Positions 37,315-48,879 of a DNA stretch of 64,000 nt are shown one piece after another. The notes beneath the pieces are model-generated. The model had not been told where the DNA came from, did no database searches, and saw only the letters and a program-made list of their open reading frames with translations. Source of the DNA: Phoronis australis (taxonomy: Eukaryota; Animalia; Phoronida); NCBI GenBank assembly GCA_002633005.1, contig NMRA01000101.1, positions 620,001 through 684,000 of the forward strand, given 5' to 3'. Position numbers and translations under genes: made by a program. Within the stretch, counting starts at the first letter, position 1, and every line of letters begins with the position of its first letter.

Positions 37315-39850
37315 AAACAGTGGACCTTGGAAATTTGTGAGGACACACAGTCCATAACTGATTTACTGGTCAAACAATACTGAGTAAAATGATTTTATCG
37401 AACAGTCTGTATTCTTTGACCCTTTCGATGGCACACTCCACAAGAATACAAAGACGGGCAATTTGCTGTGTCAACTCCACCTCTTGCTTTGAAAACTGAC
37501 TCTTTGGAACTCGTTAGGAAGGGTGGAATCACGGTGCGGCATTTTCTGGTTCGCAGCTCTTTGTCAATGGTGAACCATTTGTCCACCATTACACCGTCAA
37601 GTGCCTCAAGCAAGTCGAGAATACCAGACCTATTAGTAATTTCAGTGTCAGAAACGCTTCCTGTAAACAGTTCACTGACAAACGAGACAGCACTATGTGG
37701 GCAACACCAAAAAGTGTGTCTGTGCCTTTGTAGTTTGAGTACATTTGTGAGTTAATAAATGGTGACGAGGGAGATGGAGTTTTAACCTCAGTACAGTATA
37801 GAATGATTCGCGTCCTAGGATATTTGCCTTAAAACATTGCGGCATCATCCTGTCAGTAGTCCAAATTGGCATTAAACCCAACACAACATATAAATAATTT
37901 GCCCAAGTGATAACAATGCGACTGACTGTTGACTGCGACACTCCAAATTTTACGTACAAGTCAAGTTCGGGCAGTCCTTGTCCTACATATCACAAAAAAA
38001 TGAAAACTGGTTAAAGAGGTTCAGTTTTTCGTTGCGGAAAGTGTCCTCCTTGAGGCTTAAATCAGTTTTCTTTGCCTTTGCACTTAGGACCATCTCGTCA
38101 TGGTCACTGCTATTGGTTGAAGAGCTCTGAAAACTGCCTTTAAATGTGAATTCGTACCAAAGCCCGTGTAAAACCGAATCATTTCGTCATCATGACAAAA
38201 TTTATAAGCACAGAATCTTTCTAGGGCCAGTTCCTTATTCTGCTTCTCCAGTCTCTCAATATACTCTACAGCAGCCTGAAGTTTTTCGTATGTTGTCAAA
38301 ATAGGTTGAGCAGCATAATCGTGAAAATCCATGGCTGCAACAGGCTGTTCTTTGGAGGCTGATGTTGATGGTTCACTGAAAAACAAAAAGTGATTATTAA
38401 ATTTTGTGCATATTTCAATCAATAGTAATAAAATGATGAGATATAGAATGTCAAATATAATTTGTCCTGGAGGCAACTAACACAAAACAAATGTCAAGAA
38501 CAAATTGAGAGATTATCGTCATCGTCTACTTTAGACAAAAATCGACAAGTGTAAAACAATCCAGGCAAAATAATCATTTCACAAAAAAGTCAAATTATAA
38601 ATCCTTACCTGTCACACGTAAATGAGGTATTGCAGTGTAATGAAGTGTTGGTCATTGAGGTATGTTTTCTTGTTCTTTTATATATGGGTTTCGACCACTC
38701 GAAGATCGAGGGGACAGTTCCAGCCTTGAGTAGTCTTCTCTCATTGATTGACTTCTGGATGCCACCACTTTTGAAGTGGGAACTGCAGACACAGTTGATT
38801 TTGTCATTGATCTGTAAGAATAATTGATGCTCTTCAAATTAGTTTTTTACTGAAATAAAGAACTAGGCTGGTAATTGAAGCTAAAAATTATTTTACCATC
38901 AATTCTGCTTTCTGGGTTTTAATAATCCTTACACATATTGTTTTGATTTTCAAATATCTAACTGGGCCCAAGTTGAATTTTAAAATTAAAACACCCAGTT
39001 CATTCGTCGAAATCAATTTCATTTTAGAGCTTTAATTAACTGGGCAGAGTAAGCATAGTTATTGTGTTCTTTTTTGAATGTGGTGCATCATGCTTCAATG
39101 CGTAATCATCTAAACGTAATGTGACTAGCTGTGACAAAATATGATCAAAATGTTTGTAAGTAATTAAGTAGAACATTAATTTACACCGATACAGGAAAGT
39201 ACAAAACAAGCGGTAGTCACCGATGAGGAATATATACAGAGATGCTGTAGATGAGATATGCACAATGAAACATACAATGACGGTGATATTTTACTTCACT
39301 TATCAAAAGACATAATTATATACGAAGCACAGCTCTGACAGGTACATTCTTGTTTCAAAAGACTTGACAGTCTAGTACTGAAAGTTGCGAAATCAGTACA
39401 ACACCTAACATTTTTCGTTAACTGTTCCAGTACAACTCCCTGTTGTTTAATCGAGTTTGTCCCATGTTGTCGTATTGGGTCTTGTAACCGTCAACAGGTC
39501 CCCCTCTGACATTATAGACTGGCTTCCAAATAGTGAAACATTGCAATGGGCAAGGACCAGTACCGTTTACATACTTGAAAACTTCAATCCCTAAGAATTT
39601 CAATTGGAAAGTGAACAGCGTGACTGAGTTTTCTCTGCGGAGCCTAGCCTAGGCCTAGCAATACTGAATACTGACGAGGAGCTACAATCGACAACATTTA
39701 TCAATCTTACCCGAAAATGTTTCCCCTCGTCACGACGAATGGCAATTACCCAACGCTTCCGAGCCTCTGCGTCTTTAGGGAATGTAAAAAAGGGAGTCGA
39801 TTGTCTATTTTTCTATCGCCGTTTGAGCAATGCGGACACAACAATGCCGA
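37315..39850 (-). pseudogene. THAP + HTH + DDE_Tnp_4-type transposase of ISL2EU, spliced and frameshifted
   Basis: FFTFPKDAEARKRWVIAIRRD|..VCSSHFK..LKAGTVPSIF; HDYA; IRFYTGF; FGVSQSTVSRIVITW; FTGSVSDTEIT..SG.LD; VMVDKWFTI; IPPFL; AIERVK; NFQGPL. Confidence 0.9.
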
Positions 39851-40894
39851 TTAGCCAGTGTTTACGGGAACTATCATAGCGAGCCTCGTTTTGGAACGCG
39901 CCTCTTGTCTGTGTGAATTAGGTCTATACTACATTGTACGTAACAGTAAACTGAAAGGGATTTTCCATATTTCAACCAATGGGAATGACAGAATATTATG
40001 ACGTCGGTTTCATTTCTTTAACCAATGAGAAGCCATGATAAACAAAATTCCACAGTGCTACCTTTCGTAGCACTGTAAAAGAGCGTACGATGAGTGGCAA
40101 ATCTGTGTGGAAAAGAAATCTTTGTGTCCGACGTCGAATCAACTCTGTTTAAAAACCCGTTTTGAAATAATTATCAATATGATATAAAAATTATGATAAA
40201 AGCGTTCAGAAAATCTACAAAGTTGCTGATGTTCGACCTAAATGAGGTTCAATGACATGGTGACCGACAACTAAGTCGGTTAAATAAGCCATTTTTTGCA
40301 GTTCAGTCGTCAAATTTTCAATAAACTTTATTTAATAACTCATTTCACCATGCGGTAAATTTCAGTTCCAACGATGTAAGTCTCGGAGTTGTGGCTAATA
40401 CGACTGAGCGAGTGTCCCTATTTGAAAACAGGTGAATTAGCATTATGAAAATTACTCCGTTATGTCAAAAGGACATAAAAAGCTTTGATATTCACTTTTA
40501 GCTGTTACGTAATCCTCCGTGGTGCTGAGATTAAACATCCTGTCGGATATTTTTCGGTGAGAAGTTTGTAACTATACCTAGCAGTGTAATTTTAGCTTTT
40601 TTAATCAGGCAGTGAGGTGAAATGTACATTCCAATTTTTGCCTATAATTTTGATTATTGGTCAAGTTCAATTATGCTATCTTGTTAAGAAAGCAATTTTT
40701 GCGAGATATTGCCGTGTATTTTCAATGACACCACGTGGTTTTTTCGGGCTAGATTTCTGTTGTTGCGAGACAGCTACTGAACAATACCCAGGCCCATATG
40801 CCATTTAATGTGTTCAATGGGGTTTTGAAAAGAGTCCTTTATAGCCGCCTTAATTATCTTACACAAATTTGTGCATTATTCATTTTTGTTCACA

Positions 40895-41330
40895 ATTTAG
40901 AAACACCATTTGAATACCTCACAGTACCCTGATGGTCGTGAAGAGACGTGGTTTCCTGTATAGACTTCCCCATCCATAGCAACAACTCCGTGAATAAAGA
41001 AACAAAGTTGTCTGGAATTGACCACCCGTTAGTGTCTGCATAGACTAAAGTATAGGCAGCTCACGTCAAATGATTCTCTCGACCATCGCAAATCTTAAGA
41101 AATGTTGACGAGTTGTCATCAATGCCTACATGCATCACAAAGGCAAGTCTACTGCAGCTGACGTCAACACCAAACGTGTCTATTTTCGTTTCGGTCTATC
41201 CAGATCCACTGGCTGATTGAACAATGAACAAAAATTTGAAGAAGAACCGTCATGAACTAAACCATCAATCCTAGACATTAAAAAATCATTAAGTCAGTAA
41301 TCACAAATCAGATCTACAACATCACAGCAA
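40895..41330 (-). pseudogene. Second, degraded Ulp1-like protease, homologous to 26900-27330, truncated before the catalytic Cys
   Basis: DVVDLICDY*LNDFLMS..FCSLFNQPVDL; AFVMHVGIDDN..ENHL..LVYADTNGWSIPDNF; GKSIQETTSLHD. Confidence 0.8.
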
Positions 41331-41488
41331 TGCATCTCCTCATCGAGGAAGTTTTCGTCAAGTTTACAGCTCATCAAAGACTCTTGAAATCTGTCAGTCC
41401 AAGAAACTTCCATAGGTTCCCGGCATTTATAAGAATCGCACAGTTGATGGACATTTTCAAACCACTTTCTTCATGCTTCACCAATGAA

Positions 41489-41782
41489 CTAATGTACATT
41501 GCTTTGAATACATTCAATAGATAACGTAAACCACCTGCTTAACGAAATGATATAGAAGGGAATTTCCGTGGGATTGTCATGGTTACCATTTAACATCTGA
41601 AAGCCTGCTTCAATTTGAGCCTGTGGTGGCATTGTCTGCAAAGTAGTGGTGTCTTCAAATCCCTGATCATACGACAATTTCACATTATTTGATTGTTTAT
41701 CATTAGGAAATGTGAACCTGTCCAACTCATCACGATTTAAAATGTGTGTTAAGAACGTATACTCACCATACCTACCATTCAA
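41489..41782 (-). pseudogene. Unnamed conserved domain upstream of Ulp1 (copy 2)
   Basis: GRYGEYTFLTHILNRDEL..FEDTTTLQTMPPQAQIEAGFQML. Confidence 0.7.
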
Positions 41783-42559
41783 TTTTCCCTCATTTTAAGC
41801 CGTTGTCATCATTCTTTGCGGCACTGGTGTCGGTACCTTCCCTTGCTGATTCGGTGTGTCTTTTAGGGTGCATTGTCTTGCCATCACCACCTCTGTACAT
41901 TCTACCCTCCTGGAAAACGGCACTTCAACAGGAGGAGTAGTTAAACCACATACAGTAAGAACATCAACAGTGTTCTGGATATACTTTAAACACTAGAAAT
42001 ACTGGAAAATGATGATTCTCATCTATTTAATTAGATTTCAAAGTTGCACCCCGACGTTTCATCGTTAAGCTTAATTGCGTCGAATTACATTCATAAGGGT
42101 TTTCCATCTACACGTTTACATAAAATTCTAGAAACAAGAACCTTAATTACTATTGTCAACAACTGATTTCTACAAAAGTATCTTTGGCTTCATGTTGTAC
42201 AGTAAAACTCCATCAGTTCAATTGACGTGGTCAAAGAGAGTAGTCTGTTTTGGAGAGGTGAACATTACATTTAGGAAAGTATTGTTTGGGGAATCATACA
42301 TGGTGATGGTGAAGAAAGTGAGTCAACCCGTCAGGATCAGATAAGATGATCTTCACACAACAGGAACAGGTGGTTGTCTTTTTCACTTTCATAAGGACCT
42401 GTACTAGGCATTGCTGACGACGTGTGTGGTCTATGCCCTGAAACAAGTTCAGAAATGTTTTGAAAATAAAACCATTTATCAAACGCACATTAAAAATAAC
42501 ATATTCTGCAGAGAGCATTGCTAGAATTATGGTGTAAAACAATGTCAAATTTTTACATT

Positions 42560-44050
42560 CATCAATATCTGCTAGCATGCTTCCCTGTGGACACTGATAG
42601 CTTACTCCACTTAGTGGCCCATGTGATCCATAAATACCTGCCGGTCAGAGGGCAACATTTTCAGGTTCGCGTGTATGGTTGACTAGGGATGTCGCATTTT
42701 GGTGGCTTGCTGACTACGTCACGCAGAGCATGCACAGCCTGAGCAGTGTGACACGTTCTTTCCAGCAACAACCTTCGTGGCGAAAACGTGAGAATTGCAA
42801 TCGTCGATCTTTTTGTGATCTTTTTTCAATTAGAAGTTGGATAGCTGGTATTACGTCAAGCGGTACCAAAACCGATACGAACTTCCTACCTTTCCCATGA
42901 AGGTATACCAACTCATATTTCCCTAGCATATACTGCTCAGCCTCGTCGTGCACTGCCTGAGTATAAGAGGCAGGGACCCAAGTATCGTTCATTGCATCTT
43001 CAAACTCACTCAAGAGCATTCTCGACGTTTCTTCTCCACAACGAGCATTAAACGGGGTCAGTCTAGAAACAACCAGACTGCGGAAAAAATGATTTTCTTG
43101 AATTTTAATTCAATTTGTATACTTTGAATGGTGGATTCAATGTACATTTTGAGTTTTTTTACCTCACTCTCTTGAGGGAGTCTTGATGGTACTCTGCCCT
43201 TTTCAAGTGAAATTTTTACATAAATGTGTCTTACTCTAGGCTAGATCTCCGTAGAACTGTGCTCATAAGCTTTTCGGAAATTCTTTAACTCTTTCCTTTT
43301 GTTATCTTCCAGTGTTTCGTCACAGTGGCCATTCAAGGACTTTACAGACTTCAGTATCACTGCGTCTAACAATAGCTTTAGCTCATGTTTTTCGTTATTT
43401 CTGTTGCCTTTTTCAAGCTTCCTTATGGCACATACCATATCATCGGGATGGGACCGAGTTAACATATCTTCGCAGGACTTTTCCATCCCAACTAATTCTT
43501 TGAATTGTTTGAAAAGTCTGGCGATGGTTCGCATTTCGGTCATCACTACTTTTCTTACTTCGTCCTCCTTCCCGTTCTCATGCCGACGAAGATTGAAGTG
43601 GCGGTACCCTATCTTTCGGCAAAGGTCCCGTACTACGTCGTCTTGAAATCGGTTTAGGATGCTCTTGAAGTCTTTGTCTTTGTTGATTGTACCTAATTTA
43701 GAAGAGAGGAGGAGTCTGGGTTTGACAGGAAGTGGCCTTTCAGAATTATACCTGTGCCTATGGAAATGCAAAGTTTTGTAAAACCCCTTACACTCTTCAC
43801 ACACTTCTCAATTGGCTGTCATTCGTCGATTGTCGTTCCCGCATGCCTGGGTTTTCTTCTGCCTGCATATTTTTCACGTTAAATACATAGATCCCATCTT
43901 TCCGAACCCGATTGAAGAATGCGTTTTGGGATGATGCATCTTTTAACAAAATGTCACCAAGCTCGTCCTTATGGTTTCTCATCATGTGGCGCTTTAACTT
44001 ACCAATTTTAACTACAGTTTTACAATACTCGCAATTAAAGGGCATTACAG
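42560..44050 (-). pseudogene. Crypton-like tyrosine recombinase with N-terminal C2H2-like fingers, decayed
   Basis: CEYC..KLKRHMMRNHKDE; CEECKGFY...HRH; SRLTPFNARCGEE (R box); HGKGRKFVSVLVP (K); ATKMRH; FMDHMGH; YQCP (catalytic Tyr). Confidence 0.8.
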
Positions 44051-44569
44051 GAACTGGCCTTATTTTGTATTTCCGACAGCTAAACAAGAGGTTATTATGC
44101 TTCTTTTAGTAAATTTACTAAAAGAAGTATTTATACCCACTTACAAGAATCCGGCATCTTACACTGCGCTTTATTACTCAGGCAAAATACGTACTGATTT
44201 GTGTGATTGGATATGTTTTTGTGGTTTCTTCTCATTCTGCATTGGAACTGAAAAAAAAATTGGTAAATTCAATTTCATGTTGAACACAAGTATTGTTCTT
44301 AATGAATGCCATAGCTAGGAGTAAAAGTGCATGATTAATGAAATTTCTTTTCTACAGTGAACATTGATTAGAGTCGAATGTTTTTTATTGTTTTCAAAAA
44401 TTTTCAGACATTTGACAACATTTAGTGCTCCAAAACGTCAATCCAAACATACTTGTATTTACCTTAACTGAGACAAACTGTTGAACAGCCACCTTCGTAT
44501 TTAAAACTTATATCACTCATAATTCATTTTGAAAAGTTCATTCGACATGCGGTCATGTGAAATCAAATC

Positions 44570-45461
44570 ATTCCATGGTAAAAGTCTTGACAATATAGTA
44601 GGATCATCAAAATACTGTCTTGTCCTAGTGATCTACATGCGATGGTCCTCTTGCAAGTCCTTCAGGTGGGCATAACTGGCAGTGTTGTTGGTTCCGGCAT
44701 GGAGAACGACAGCATGTGGCTGGGGTGAGGGGATACATTTTGCTGAAAAATGTTGTAGTTCGACTGGCATTTAACTTCGAGTAGACTTTAAAATGTCACG
44801 CCACCGGGCTGTTCTGCTAGTCACCTTATCGTGAAACATATCAATATGCATAGTTAGCAACTCTGGGAGTCAACCGACCTGCCACTGACCATGCCCATCA
44901 CAGCTATTAAAGTGAAGACTAGTGCAATAAATGTCATTTACTTGCATGATTCCCCCACCAAAAGAAATTAAAATGAATATCGGATCTGTTGACTCCCATT
45001 TAGTGACGATGCACCCACATAACACCAGTATATAGCTGAGCTGAAGCATACTGTACAATCATTAATTTTAGTCATATTTTATTTGGTCATTTTCACCCAA
45101 ATCGATGTACATGCGCACAGCTTTGCACCAAGGCTAAGCCCAATGCAGCACCATCTTTGGAAAGCATCGTAGTACAGTGTTAATGGATATTCATCTCTAC
45201 CAACACTCAACTTGGGAGCTTGTTCCAGTTTGAAGTTTGTAATTAAGACTTACTGTACTTATGACTTGACATAATTTGAATGACATGAAGGCATAAAATC
45301 CTGATCTAAGATATTGCGTCAACGACCCCAGTAATGAATCAGTAGCTTGCACATACCTGCAGCTTATGTAGTCACTTTTCTTCCTGGTTTTGCAATCATC
45401 TTTACATCCACATCACTTGTTGATCTGACATACTTCAGGATACTATCAGTAACAATCAAAC
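44570..45461 (-). pseudogene. Second spliced SGNH hydrolase (exons 45461-45357 and 44742-about 44570)
   Basis: LIVTDSILKYVRS..AKPG; AVVLHAGTNN..HLKDLQEDHR..TRQYFDDP..SRLLP; same intron position and phase as the MULE copy. No block V (DGLH) exon found. Confidence 0.75.
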
Positions 45462-48400
45462 CTGCAGAAAGATGCAGTAACCTATCGATAAAACATGTAA
45501 CCATTAAAATATGTTTTCTTAAGAGACATCAGGATTATAACAATATTTACCAAAATGCAATTCAATGACACCAGAGATGTGAATTAGTAGTATGAAGTTG
45601 ATCAAAGCGAGTTTAAAAGACATGCTCATTGAATTTTTTTCTGATCCATTTAAGCCACAGGTGAATATGTACACATCTTCAAGTGTAGTATCCCCACCTT
45701 CAAAAGCTTTGTAAAACTTCTCTCAGAACTGACTGCAAGACTGTACAGTGCCAACGCAGTGGACAACAAGGCTAATACAAATATGGTCAGTTTCAAAAAA
45801 CTAAAACCATCCTGATTACCCCTCCCCCCTTTCTTTTGACTTCTTCACTGAAACCAAGCTGAAAACAGCTGTTCGTATTAAGCTGGAAAGAAGGCATCTG
45901 ATTAACACTTTAGGCCGACATTACTTGGTTTGGCTGGACAATCCTTAATATGTTAACAAATCTTAATACGATAATCTGGTCACTAAACCTGATCCGTGTG
46001 TAACAAATTGTAACAAACTGACCTGAAATTATGCAGAAATTTGATGAGTAATAAACAATGCTGAATTTGAGTTACGATCTGTAAAATCGTAGGTTTTAGA
46101 GTTGATATCTCTAACTATTTTAACGTGTTCTCTGTTGCAATGCAGTTGCAGTGAAAACACTTCCCGGTGTTATCGTTACCTCCTGTTTTGTAGTCAAGAA
46201 ATCCTGTTAATAATATTGCTTTTAACTTTACAATGAAATGTCGCTAATTTTCCAGCACAAAAGACTTGTAATGTCACCACGTTGATTTTTCCTAGATTCT
46301 AATGGTTGACGCCGGTAGCTGTATAATGTAGGTCATACGAAAGTTGCTTGATTAAGATTCTCCATTCTGCAGAAAGCCTGTATCAAGCGTGGGAGGTGGC
46401 ATTCCATCCCTACAGTGGTCAGTGGTGGGTAAACAGGTTAAGGCTGTACAGATGAGAATGTACGTGATCGTTGCAGCTTTCCAACGGTAACCACTGCTAG
46501 TTTCTGGAGTAGGGCTGCACTAAACTTTGGAACCCATGTCTTCGACAGTTTCACACGATTTTCTCAGACACTGTTTGAGTTATTTATCGGTCACTTCTGC
46601 TTTAAAATGCCGAGAAATAAAGTGTATAAGCTACGGCAACAAAGGCAAACAACGTTTGCATATTGTATTTAGCATATGTAATACGATTGTTTCAAAAATA
46701 CCTCGACAATTTGTACTCACAAAAGTGGTAGGTTTAAGAGCATGTTTTCGAAAAACAAATACAAGATTATTTTTAGGTGTCTAAAGGTCGTTGAAATTAC
46801 AATTATTAGTGCAGACTTACGTGAAATTTTCGCTGATGAAAGTAGAGGATGCAAGCGTATCCTTTGGTCTTGAGATGGAACGCAGATGGGTAGAGTAGAC
46901 TGACTTACGGTACTGCTCTTAATTAACCGACAAGGTTTGTCATCGAATTGTAGCGTTACGTTGAAAGGCCACTGTGTTCGCTGTGTAAGATTTCATTGTT
47001 CTCCTTAAAATGTCGGGGGCGTTGTTTTATTTGTTTAGAGACAGATTAGCGCTTGGGAAACACAGAAAATATATTTCGTCGCTAAAAAAGTAAAACAACG
47101 CGCCCGATGCGCACCCTCATGGATATCGTTCATTCCCAGTGCCTTGTGGATACGAAACTGTTCTTGTTGGGTACCGAGATTGAAAAATCATAAGCTGGTC
47201 AAGACACAAACTGCTCCAATTAGGGTGTAGATACATCGTAGAGCACGGTATTGTCGACCGGAGATGAAATTGGTGACCCTGACGAGGAGTGGGTGACAAT
47301 GAACCGGTTGCAACCCATATAGTTTCAAAGAAAATTGTTCCCAGTCAAGTGTCAGAACCCAAGAGATACTTGTAGATTAAATTTGAAATATCAGATGCAG
47401 GTAAACTATCGAGGACGAGTCCCACCTAGAAAGTCATGCGATGCATTCGGTGTTTTTGCTCCTCAACCAGTTTGAGGAACAGACTCTAGCAGTTGAAAAA
47501 GAAACCGATGCGTTTTGCTGTACGTACGTGTATAGACTGGATATTGCCAAGTGTGAAGATGAACCCGTTAATTTTGTAAGTCTGTTAATTTCAAAGAGCA
47601 ACAGGCTACAATGGCCACATGTGAAAGCCCCCGCTCTTTTTGTGAGATGAAGACAGAAATGAAAAGAAACGTTCCTAAAAATGACATCTCTGTTTAACGA
47701 TGCACTCGTTGTGCTATCTAGTCACATTGCTTGGTAGATGAGTACTGGATGTTGTGCACTTTCGATTGATCGTTCTCTGCCCTGGGGAGTGTCAAATCTC
47801 AACTGTCACTTCATTCGAAAAAGAGACATGAGAGACTTGTGTCTTTATTACTCTTCTGTGTTGAGAGGGAGACCGCTCCGTCTGTTGACATTGAACGAAT
47901 AAGTGGGCAATCGCAGTATGAAATCTCAGATGCATTATTATTTTGATGTGGTATCGAAGAATTTATGGTAATTGTGAACTCTGATACAAGCGTGAGATCA
48001 AATCGAACTTTGTGTTCAGCTAGAACTTTCTTAATTCGAGCTTGCGTCAATTGTAAGCCTATATTGTGTCACTTTCCCTTGTTTTATTTGGAGTACAGGG
48101 CAACTAATTTAGACTACAATGAAAAGGATCTTGGGATGATGAAAATCTCGAGTAAGAGTCTCAGTTTGCAGGAAAGCCCAACTCTTGGAGCATGTGAAAA
48201 TTCCCTAAAGTTTTACACATAGACATCTAATACCGAGTGGCGAGCGCCCGGTCTATGTGATGTCTTTGGTTTTACTATTCTCGTACGTGCTGTGTTCATT
48301 GACTTGGGCTGAAATTCGGGATATCTCGTGTACCTTGCATCTGTCATTTTTCAAAAGCATTTTTGTCGACTGTTAAATGTCTACATTATCCACACTCCAA

Positions 48401-48462
48401 ACTATCCAGGCAGCGTCACCAAGTCTAACTGAACATACCATAATCTGGCATTCAGTTGACCA

Positions 48463-48614
48463 GCCTCCCGTTCAGTAACGCTAGGACCTCGCTAAAAAAA
48501 CAAGACTTCACGAGAATGCGTGAAATATTGCCGTGCATTTTGAATGAGAACACGCGACTTTGACTACATTTTAGCTAGGTCCTTGACTAGGTCCTAGCGT
48601 TATTGAACGCACCT
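48463..48614. mobile_element. Short MITE (Harbinger-like)
   Basis: CGTTCAGTAACGCTAGGACCT / AGGTCCTAGCGTTATTGAACG inverted arms; a related fragment lies at about 40700-40795. Confidence 0.6.
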
Positions 48615-48627
48615 CTTTCCATTGTAG

Positions 48628-48714
48628 GTGTGGTATAATGTCACAGAATTGGGAAACAGTCAACCAGGTGAAGTTCAATGCTCAGCCCAGTCTAGGAAAC
48701 CTGCCGCCCAGTTT
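48628..48714 (+). CDS. Putative internal exon of the host gene
   Basis: TTTCCATTGTAG| VWYNVTELGNSQPGEVQCSAQSRKPAAQF |GTAAGG, phase 0-0; an alternative donor after 48667 is possible. Confidence 0.5.
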
Positions 48715-48879
48715 GTAAGGGCTACAGCAAAAGACATCGGTGAGTTGACATGTTCTAGCAATTGCTATCAGCCTATTGCCACACATCCTCGTTAGATAGT
48801 AGTCACGGCAGTGCACATGCCGTAATGATGAAATGATGCTTCGCATAAAGTGACAGTACAACTTTGGGCGATGCTTTAA

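Larger units (their letters stand above)
34666..39925. mobile_element. ISL2EU (Harbinger-related) DNA transposon, AT TSD, decayed
   Basis: AT|AGACCTGATTCA..CAGACA..TCCAAAGCGAGGCTC and GAGCCTCGTTTTGGA..TGTCTGTGTGAATTAGGTCT|AT; THAP-DDE gene on - and SWIM-type gene on +. Confidence 0.85.

Noticed and set aside
47110-48330. Coding-like composition
   Set aside because: All frames are interrupted and no identifiable motif is present.
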